Shown here in pieces: positions 23,228-32,000 of a DNA stretch of 32,000 nucleotides (position 1 is the stretch's first letter; the number at the start of each line of letters is the position of its first letter). The stretch comes from Zygophlyctis sp. KS116. Lineage: Eukaryota > Fungi > Chytridiomycota. The position numbers and the translations under genes were made by a program. The DNA is taken from NCBI GenBank assembly GCA_054661495.1, contig BAAFSQ010000079.1, positions 7,055-39,054 of the forward strand, read 5' to 3'. Under the pieces are notes generated by a model. That model was given only the letters and a program-made list of their open reading frames with translations. It was not told where the DNA came from and ran no database searches.

Positions 23228-23573
23228 ACTGGAAGAGAAAATGGTAGTTTTTACATATTCCTTAAAATAATACTCAAAATTCTTTTTCGAGTTTTGATCT
23301 GCAGCTTGCTATTTTATAATTGATGGGCCGGGATACACACCTCTTTGATTCATGTTATTATCGCTGCTAGACTTTCTAGTTGATCCGGATCTATTTTTCT
23401 GTAGTAATAATTTAAACCAGTATTTTAAATTTAAGTTGACATTTCAAAACATATCATTCATGCAAAATGTTTTGTGATTAACTGAGAGATCCTATTAAAC
23501 ATTAAAATTGATTACAGTTTTGAAACAAGAGTTAACACGTAGGAGTATAGCCCCTTTGTCGTTTTCCTTTTCA

Positions 23574-24248
23574 ATGGAATATAAAAGCTCTGAATTCATT
23601 TCCGATAAAAGTCTATTCAAGATTAGAGCATTATTTTTATTCCTCTGTATCGCATGCATATCTTGGTTTTCTATATATAGTGAATTCTTCTTGTTTTTTA
23701 CAAATTGGAGTTGGTTCCTGAATGCAATCTACTTTTCTTTGATTTTAAATTGTAAATATCTTGGTCGGACAGTCCTTCGAATATTTCTTGCCGTTTCTAT
23801 ATCCAGTACTTTAATAGTTTCAATAGTGTTTTGGAGTCTCCTTTGTTCAAATATTCAGTATGTCTCCACGATTCATGAGAAAATTGCCCTGGTGATTCAA
23901 CATTCACTAAATAGTATAATAATGCTAACGGAAGGATTTTTATGTAAGATCTCAGTGACTTGGTATGACTTTGTATTTGTAGATGCATTCATCTTAATTT
24001 ATGTTCTATGTATAGTATTGCTAAAGATCACCTATGGTATAACATGGCCTTATCCTTTTTTTGATTATCTAGATCTATTTTGGCCTTTTAAATTAGCTTC
24101 GATTTTTGGAGCGTTAATGTTGGGCGTTTTTGGGTTTTTAGTTCTTCGAGGATTACTACACATTAAAGAAACTAGAAAATGGTCAGGGGATATGGAGGAT
24201 AATTCATTGGTTGAAGAGACTGAAAGACTCAATCAAGTAACTGCTTAG
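23574..24248 (+). CDS. Multi-pass membrane protein, FAR-17a/AIG1 (ADTRP)/rolling-stone-like, copy 1, ~224 aa, intronless
   Basis: About 6 hydrophobic segments, FFTNWS, VSIVFW, QHSLN, WPYPFFD. Start codon is uncertain. Confidence 0.7.
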   Translation: MEYKSSEFISDKSLFKIRALFLFLCIACISWFSIYSEFFLFFTNWSWFLNAIYFSLILNCKYLGRTVLRIFLAVSISSTLIVSIVFWSLLCSNIQYVSTIHEKIALVIQHSLNSIIMLTEGFLCKISVTWYDFVFVDAFILIYVLCIVLLKITYGITWPYPFFDYLDLFWPFKLASIFGALMLGVFGFLVLRGLLHIKETRKWSGDMEDNSLVEETERLNQVTA

Positions 24249-24297
24249 GGCCGCAATACCGACCGTTGCCGTTTTAATGTTTCAAAACAAAAAAATT

Positions 24298-25151
24298 ATG
24301 AGCGATCATAGACTTGAGTTGATTAATGGGCATTTCAGCTCATATTTTGTTAATTCTGGTCTTCTATTCAAGATCAGAGCCGGTTTCTTGGCGATCAGTG
24401 CGGGAATGTTAATTTGGATTATTGCTTACAACTTTGTGGAAAACAATCCTTCATTTACTGTAAAGTATTTTACAAACTTTTCTTGGATAGGAATGGTTCT
24501 GTACTTTGGGGTATTTTGCCTATTTTAATGCCGTAGATTATGATATTTTTATCTTATCGTTTGGACAAGATGCAATCGATGGGTGATAGGAAGAAATATT
24601 GGACAGCGATCGGATTGGAAGGACTCGTTGCAATTACACAGACTGTAGTTTGGATGGTTGTTTTGGTTTATTGGATTTTGCTGGCCAAAGAACTTGCCGG
24701 CCTGTCATCAGTTCACCAAAAAGTTATTAATGTTATAGAACATTCAATTGATTTATTTGTAATTGTATCTGAAATGGTGCTGACTAGATCATTGCTAAAT
24801 TACTACTCTTTTATTTTTCCTTTAACAGTTGCATGGTTTTATACTTTCTGGACATGGATTTTTGTTTATTTTAATGTATTTTATCAGGTACTAACTTGAA
24901 AGATTTGGTCCTGGCCATATGGATTCTTTGAAAATGTTTTGAATCCAAATGAAAAGCCAGCATGGGTGACAGCGGTTGCGATTTTTGGTGGTTCTGTAGT
25001 AGTGATTGTGATCTACTTTATTGCATATATCAGTTTTAGATTACGAGAATATTATGGGCGTAAACTTGAAAAATCAGACTCTCCATCATGTGATGAGTCT
25101 TCAAAGGGATTATCCTCAACAGTATTGCAAATCGATCCTCAATCTCAATAA
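24298..25151 (+). CDS. FAR-17a/AIG1-like membrane protein, copy 2, ~266 aa
   Basis: LFKIRA shared with copy 1; YFTNFS, VVLVYW, EHSID, WPYGFF. Introns 24511-24536 and 24876-24902. Alternative ATG at 24277. Confidence 0.72.
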
Positions 25152-25193
25152 CCGTGGCCTTAATATTCGTTTAAAATAAAGAAACATGCTTTC

Positions 25194-26861
25194 TTAATTT
25201 TTTATTCCTTGTCTTAAATGGAGTAGAACTGCACTTGTGCCTTTCTTAATCGTGCTTTGACTTGGGTTCCTAAATAGATTTCCGGATATTCCGATATAAT
25301 TCAAATGCGGAAGAAGGCCGAGTTCATTTGGTAATACTCTTATGCTATTATTTGAAAGATCCAAGACCTTTAAGTTTTCCAATGGCAAAAACGTTAAAGG
25401 TGTAAGTTCTTGTATTTGATTATCTGAAGCAAGGAACTGAGTCAATAAAGGGAAAACTTGAAGATTAGGAGCTGACATACACAGATTGTAACTAATATTT
25501 AAGTAATCCAATTTCGGACACTGTTCGTCTCCAAATGTAATCGTATCGATTTGATTGCATGAGAGATCCAAATACTAATTTGTTAAATCAAAATTCAATA
25601 CCTTCAACATAGGTAAACGCAACATTGGAAAGTGTTTGATACGATTCTTTGCCAGTTCTAAAATAGCGAGATTACTTCCAAAATCAAAGATTATATCAAT
25701 TTTTGAAATCTTATTGTTTAATAACCTTAACGACTGTGGAAAACTTTGAACCATTTCTTTAGTGATTAAATCCAGATTAGAATTTGAAATATCAACGTTT
25801 GTCCGATTAGCAATTTCAATTTTACATTCCTCCATTTTTTGTTCCAAAGGCAATTTACCCCTTAGCCATTTTAATAGTTTTTCAGTTCCAAATCCGGATG
25901 GAATTTTGACTGGATTTCCAAAATAATTGAGTTTTTGCAATTCAGTAAGTAAACCTATTTCTGGTGGCAAGACTGTTATTGAATTATTAGAGATATCAAG
26001 CCTTTTTAATAATTCAAGTGATAGCACAGAATCGGGCAAAGTTATGAGTTGATTTTCACTTATATCTAGTACCTGGAGCTTTGATGCATGAGAAAGCATG
26101 TTTAGTTGTTTTTTACCGCGTATGTGATTATAGCTTAATGTCACATCAGCTAAATTTATAAATTGACCGGTAGGAATTTGCGTAAGCCAATTATGATTTA
26201 GAGCCATCCTAATTAATTTCGGTAAATCTGTATCATCATTAAATATAATTTCTAGATTATTGTGAGAAATATCCAAATCACAGAGAGATTTTAACCTGTT
26301 GAGACTTGTAGCCGCCTCTGAAATTCTATTATATGACAAGTTTAAAGATTTCAAGTATATACATTCCTGTAGACATTCAGGAACGATTGTTAGCTGATTG
26401 TGGCATAAATCCAATTTTTGAATGTTATGAATATTCGCAGCAAAATAGAATAGATTATTAAATGATAAATCCAATTCCGAAATTTTTAGCGATATTTTGA
26501 GATCTACTGTAGATATTTTGTTCTTTGAGATGTTGACTTTAACCAATCCCGGTATATCAGATATTATTCCTGGAAATTCCAAAAATTCATTGCAATGTAA
26601 ATCAATGGTCCTTAAGTTTTCCCATTCGGACATTCTACTATCGAGTTCGGATAGCATATTGTTGCTAAGATCAACTTTAGCAAAGTCTTGAGTTTCCCAC
26701 CAGCGAAGCTCACTACTATTGAATGAATAGTCTATTTTAAGCGCTTTTTTATTAGGAGCATCCCATAAAATATCTAAGTTTTGTAAGCCAGAGCCAGAAA
26801 GTTTCAAATTCCCTGTTCGCAGTCCTTGGTTAATGGCTGAATTAACTGTCTGCGCAATCAT
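25194..26861 (-). CDS. Leucine-rich-repeat protein, LRRC40-like, ~546 aa
   Basis: Many LxxLxLxxN repeats. N-terminal RTGNLKLSG...RWWETQDFAKVDLSNN and C-terminal GNLFRNP...KGTSAVLLHLR resemble LRRC40. Intron 25575-25601. Confidence 0.85.
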
Positions 26862-29800
26862 TCGCGTGTTTTAACCTTGCAGAGAGAATGCATCATTTCC
26901 TCAAAAGTTCCCTTCCCAGAGTGCCTATCAAATATTGTATTTAAAGAGTCACATCGCTCTTTATAATTTTGAGCTTGGCCGACATATGCTTCATTTAATT
27001 GAAATTCAAGCTCTGATCTGTGTGCTCGAATAACCGTTTCGCGTACTATTTCGCCCAGACCATCTCTTGGGACTATACAGGAACTAAGAAGAGGTCCAGT
27101 ATCAATAGGGTGATCTTTAAGTATATCAATTTTCATTTGTGTGGTCGATAAAGGAGAAATTACAATAGAAACATTGCCAAAATCACCTGAAATAGTCTTT
27201 TTGTAATCTCTAAAGGACTCGTTCCTTGTATTTAATAATCAAATATTTACCAAACAATATGAACATGGTCATTTCCAATGTGTTTCATTCGTAATATTCG
27301 ATCTGAATCATTATTTGGCAATTTGGTAATATCGTGAAAAATCATCTCAATGGTTGGGGTGCAATGATATATAGCTTGTTTGGTCCATGATTTATCAAGT
27401 CCGCCCAGGTATCCTGAATGTTTATCGGTTTCGATCTAAATTTAGTTCAATATAATTTACAGTCCATCCAAGTGACTGAACAAACTCTCGATAGTCTTTG
27501 CTTGTTTCTAAAGATTGCGCAAGTATGTCTTTTTCAGTTTCACAAAATGGTCCAATGTATATGATTGAAACCTTGATCGTTTCACGGCTATTCTTATTTT
27601 ATGAATCGGCGTACCTATTCATCTTATCAAGGAGCTTAACGTCTCTAATCAATGAAGCTGAGTTTTGGAGATAATTTAAGTAGTTAGAAATAAAATTATC
27701 AAAGTTCAGTATCCCGAGTTGATGTAACTGAGCCAATGCTTCATCGGTTCTTGTTTTTTCTATTACAAATTCAATGCGTTTAGCTGGTACTGCGCATAAT
27801 GAATTAGTTGTTTCGAAAGCTGATTTTTCAGCGACGATAAAATCTTCCAATACTGACCATGAAACTTGGGATTCAAAAGCCTTATTTATATCCTGTGACT
27901 CTTTACATTCTGGATTTGATTGCATTATACTGATATGAGTAAACATAAATTGTCTTACCTATTCAGCATTTCTCCCAAACGATTGTCACTTTCCACTGAA
28001 ATATTTGTTTTTAGTCTTATCATTAGTTTTAAAAAGAGTATACCCACTAGGATCTGAGATTGTATTGGTTGTGTTCCAAATAATATCCTGCTGTAAATTA
28101 TCCATCTTGCCAAGAGATATAGAGCTTGCCGACCATTTTTGTATTGAAAGCTTCCCTCTAAGAACGAAAGAAATTGTTGATTGTGGTCCTTGATAATGCA
28201 AATGTATTACAGTAGAATTAAATCCTATAAAGTCGTTCGAAATATGAGCGTAAGATTTGGAATCCCTTTAAGTAGGTATAAATTCAAAATTACATTTCTT
28301 TCATAAATGGAAAGTATGAGTTTCGCTGGTTCAGAACTTGTAATGTGTAATCACATGATATCTTTCATTTTAAAGTAATTAAACTTACTGGTTTTCGGAT
28401 CGTGCGTAAATAGCTTTTTAGATTGGAATCTTTTTTTGATTGCTCTAAAGCTGAATAAATGAAAGAGACAAAAGAGTGTGATAGATTTATGTTAAAGCAG
28501 CCTACATAAAGATTCAATAAGCCATTTAATATCAGCGAGAAAACATCTTGATATGAGTTGAATAAAATCAATTACCTGGATTTTGAGCACTTTGAAGATA
28601 ATTGTAGATATATTCAAGAAAAGACTCTGGCTAAAATAAATTTACAATTATATCTTCTACCTTCGTGTGAAATTTCAATAAAAACAGTAGGTTCGCCATT
28701 GATACAGAAATTAGTAAGGTGTCCTCAGATTTCTTCGCTACATTAAAAAAGTTCTTGAGAATATTGTCTTTATCTAAATCTCTATGATTAAATGAATTTA
28801 TCATTACCCAATATTGAAGCGATATTCAAAAAAGTGAATTGTAGATTGTAAATTAATGATTCGAATTGAAAGGGACATGTCTTGGATAGACATCATTGCC
28901 GTTAGAAGTCCTTTCACCCGTTCTCTCATCTGATCGATTTCTGGATAACCATCTTCTGTTTTTGATAAAGAATCATAAATAAGTGAATCAGAAATTAAGC
29001 ATGCTAACCATTTAATGACGTTAAGCCACATTGATATTTGATAATCAGAGAAATTTGCAATCTTGGAATTAGCCGAATAATTATTACAAGCATTCTTATC
29101 TTTTTTAAGGCAGGTAATACCACGATTTTATTTCCATTCATTGGGCATGTTAAAACCCCCCATGATCCTAAGACTGATAAGGTGCTCTGATCATCTGATT
29201 CAAATGCCTGTGAGTCAAAATAAATCTATCATACATCGATTATGATATTATAAAAATGTAATAATATATCCGGATCAAAAAGCTGATCGTGCCTTCTGCA
29301 AATAATTCGTGAAAAGTCCTGGATAGCCTTACCTTTAAAGCTACTATACGTTATTAATTAACTTATACTAATATACCTATTAGAAAAATATGCCAGTGCT
29401 GTAACCCATGGCAATAGCTCCACTAAATCCGGCATTTTTTCTCCGTGGAACTTCTGACTTTCTCGCACCTTGTTTTAAGTTTTCGAATTACATACAAATA
29501 GAAAATTCTTAAAAACTGTGGATAATGTTTGCAAGATTACACCATGATGTTCGGACAACTTTTTTAAGCTAAGAAAGATTTACATGCGGGAGACTAAAAT
29601 CCCCCAAAATGCACATGATATTTTTGTAATAGTAAAGAGCATTGCTATCATTCAACTTGAGCGCCTCAACATCCACAATAAGCTGTGATTTTTCAAACAA
29701 TCCTGCTGCTTCTTTTGTTGGTGATCCAGGTTTTAAAATGTCGACATTAAATTTTTCGGTGCAAACAATCTGATTCAGCTTAATAGCTAGACTCTAAAAA

Positions 29801-31458
29801 TTAAATCTAATCATTTACCGACCACACAATTACAGCACTTCCTAAACGTTTTGGAGAATTCAAATTTCCATGAACCAACTTCCAAATTCTGGGAATATCT
29901 TTTGATCTTTTAATGGTTCCCAAAAATATTGACTCCCAAGCTCTTTTAATTAAAGATTGATCTGAAAGACTGGTAGTTTCTCTAAAATATAGCTCCATCT
30001 TCAACAGGAGACTTATTATCTCGACTAATGTATCATCATCATAATTTTCAATTTTCATAATCAGTAAGTGGAGAATTTCGAGAGCTTTCGACACGATCGA
30101 TTCCTAAAATTATTATATCAATTCATTCGCTACCATTTGATTTGTATATGATATTTCAATTCGCTTTAAAGTGATTGGAATAACTAGTATTCTAGCAAAT
30201 CGTCTAATCATTTGACATTTTTCGGTGTGATTAAGATCAATTGTACTTAAAAGTTCTTCGGTCTAAAGTTATTCAGGCTATAAATACCGAAAATAGCGTC
30301 CTATAAAGTAAATTGATAGACTTGCTGATTATATCGTATTGTGATAAAGGTAATAGAGTGCATTGGCGAATTATTTCTATAAATACTTCCCGAGACTTGA
30401 CATTTGTCCACATTTGCTGTCTCGAAGCTAGCCACCGAGAGCTTTCTAAATCATCATCATTGGGAATCATCCCTTTATCCAGAAAATTTAATAAACTCTT
30501 TAAAACAAATGCAGGACAAACCTTTAATGAAATTGATGATGCGCCCGATTCAATTATTGGATTAATTCTCGGTAGTAAGCAAACCAAAATTTCTTTTTGA
30601 AATAGGTCCCACATAAAATTATATGAATTAGATTTTTTATCGTCTTTTGAAAGATTTGCCAGGAATTCAAGATTATCATTTAAAAGATCCACGCAGTCAT
30701 TTTGACTATACGGACTTGAATTTGGAATTATAAAATCTCTTTCAAATATTGACTGATTCCACTTAGCGCAAAATGTTTGAAACATATTATCTAGAAGAGG
30801 CTTTGGACTATGTTGTGGTTTGTTCCTTAACAAGTCTGCAGTTTCAGAGTCTTCATCTGCACCCAGATAATCCAAAATATTATCACCTACTTGTATTAAT
30901 AGAGAATCATATAGTGATATGATGGGAATTGCTGACTTGTATAACTCTACTGCATCATCCCTTTTTGTTTTTGCTAAAATCTCTAATAATAGCTTGATGC
31001 CATGTTTTCTAAAGTAAATATGATTCGCAAATGCCAATAAGCGCTTGCAAATTTCCACTAGAGTTCTTAGACCAATTTTACTTACAGAGTGCATCCCAAT
31101 CCTCTACATGTTCAGATGCTAACAGAATTGGTATTTTCTGCAAAACTTCAAGACACTTTAAAAGTCTATCAGTTTCAGGGCCCTTGACAGGTATCGGTTT
31201 TCCTGGATTATATTTATCTATATGGATAAATAGCAAGCATTTACCTATTAATTTTAGGCATTTATGATTAACATAATCCCTGATCAGTAGTATAGCTGCA
31301 TGATGATTTTCCTTCAAGAAAAGTAATTGGCCTTTATCATCTGAATCTTGCAAGAATTCTAGCAATGAATCGGCTCTTGCCTTTAAGGAATGATCTTGCT
31401 GAAAGATCTTTTTTGCTTTTTTAACTGATTTGGGATGGATTTTGTTGTTATCCGTCAT
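26858..31458 (-). CDS. Ral GTPase-activating protein alpha subunit-like (N-terminal helical region, C-terminal Rap/Ran-GAP domain), many small introns
   Basis: Spliced C-terminal part reads RETIKVSIIYIG..YREFVQSLGW..HSGYLGGLD..EMIFHD..KHIGNDHVHIVW..GPLL..IVRETVIRA..NYKER..TFEE. N-terminal KSVKK..LKARADSL..RLLAFANH..RKHGIKLL resembles RALGAPA. Not every exon boundary was verified. Confidence 0.82.
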
Positions 31459-31469
31459 ATAGATTTTGA

Positions 31470-32000
31470 ATGATGAATGACGAAATCACAAGTTCGGACA
31501 TGATCACTCGTTATTCTCTGATATTTTCTTATTTTTTTACTGCATGGAATACTAGAGCTGACTCATGGGCGGTTACTCTGTTTCTTTCTATATTGTATCC
31601 AAGCTCGCTATTGCCAATTTCAATTTACTTTTTCTCAACTTCTCTAGCAGTATTCATTTTATGTCCAGTAATTGCAGCCTTCTTCAATCAAAAACACAGG
31701 CTAAAAACTGCAATATCATTAATTCTAGTGCAAAAACTTTGTATAATCAACTCTGCTGCTCTTCTATTCCTGAAATCGACACGTCCATTTCCTCCAGAAG
31801 GACATGTTTTAGAGTTGGATTGGATATTTATTGGATTGGTAATTAATGGAAGTATTCTGCAATTATCAAATATGAATAGTAAAATTGTTATTGAAAAGGA
31901 CTGGGTTGTCTGTTTAAACAAACTACTAATCAGTGGTTTAGCTGAGAGGTTTTCTAGTCAAGTTGCAATCATTTTTGTGGCAATTGTTAGCTTTGCTTCA
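31470..32000 (+). CDS. Ferroportin (FPN1/SLC40)-like MFS transporter, 5' part, runs off the window; absent from the ORF track
   Basis: Open frame from ATG 31470 (or 31500) to the edge: YFFTAWNTRADSWAVTLFLSILYPSSLLPISIY...CPVIAAFFNQKHRLKT...VQKL...SKIVIEKDWVVCL. This matches the fungal ferroportin pattern STWN.R..F...LFL...FP.TLL..S.Y / I.VERDWVV. Confidence 0.8.
   Translation, partial: MMNDEITSSDMITRYSLIFSYFFTAWNTRADSWAVTLFLSILYPSSLLPISIYFFSTSLAVFILCPVIAAFFNQKHRLKTAISLILVQKLCIINSAALLFLKSTRPFPPEGHVLELDWIFIGLVINGSILQLSNMNSKIVIEKDWVVCLNKLLISGLAERFSSQVAIIFVAIVSFAS

Noticed and set aside
23382-23391. Palindrome GATCCGGATC in the largest intergenic region
   Set aside because: A single 10-bp palindrome is expected by chance in 32 kb and has no supporting context.
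2047-31458. Many short consecutive ORFs in shifting frames, suggesting pseudogenes, programmed frameshifts or an alternative genetic code
   Set aside because: Each break examined is explained by a small GT-AG intron that restores conserved motifs under the standard code, and spliced lengths are multiples of three.
8530-31470. AG dinucleotides just upstream of several ATGs as evidence of spliced-leader trans-splicing
   Set aside because: AG is common and not consistently positioned (absent close to the chitinase ATG). It cannot be supported without transcript data.
31565-31921. Track ORFs 31565..31846 (+) and 31688..31921 (-)
   Set aside because: Alternative-frame and antisense shadows of the ferroportin-like frame, which has no stop in the window and so was not listed.
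1-32000. Mobile elements, CRISPR arrays, rRNA, viral or bacterial insertions
   Set aside because: No terminal repeats, repeat-spacer arrays or transposase/RT/capsid motifs were seen. The bacterial-looking genes carry the same mini-introns as their neighbours.

Overview
AT-rich, extremely gene-dense eukaryotic DNA. It is most likely from an early-diverging (chytrid-like) fungus, inferred from a myosin-motor chitin synthase plus retained animal-like genes (RalGAP-alpha, LRRC40, SS18/SSXT). About 19 protein genes and one tRNA-Glu(TTC) fill almost the whole window. The apparent frameshifts in the ORF track are resolved by tiny GT-AG spliceosomal introns, mostly 24-33 nt, which I spliced by hand to restore conserved motifs. 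Gene order: unknown 3' end (+), BRAP2/ETP1 (-), myosin-chitin synthase (+), GH18 chitinase (-), stand-alone ABC ATPase (+), M28 aminopeptidase (-), two membrane-anchored tyrosinases (+), histidine phosphatase (-), CWC22 (-), MPP-beta (-), purple acid phosphatase (-), DUF726 (+), SSXT protein (-), tRNA-Glu (-), two FAR-17a/AIG1-like proteins (+), LRRC40-like (-), RalGAP-alpha-like (-), and a ferroportin-like 5' end (+) that the ORF track misses. The most striking signal is prokaryote-like packing of intron-containing genes: an ATGA stop/start overlap (RalGAP to LRRC40), a 5-bp tandem gap, head-to-head start codons 11 and 22 bp apart, and convergent coding overlaps of 6, 24 and 38 bp. This suggests polycistronic or overlapping transcription. 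All family calls rest on recalled motifs, not database searches.
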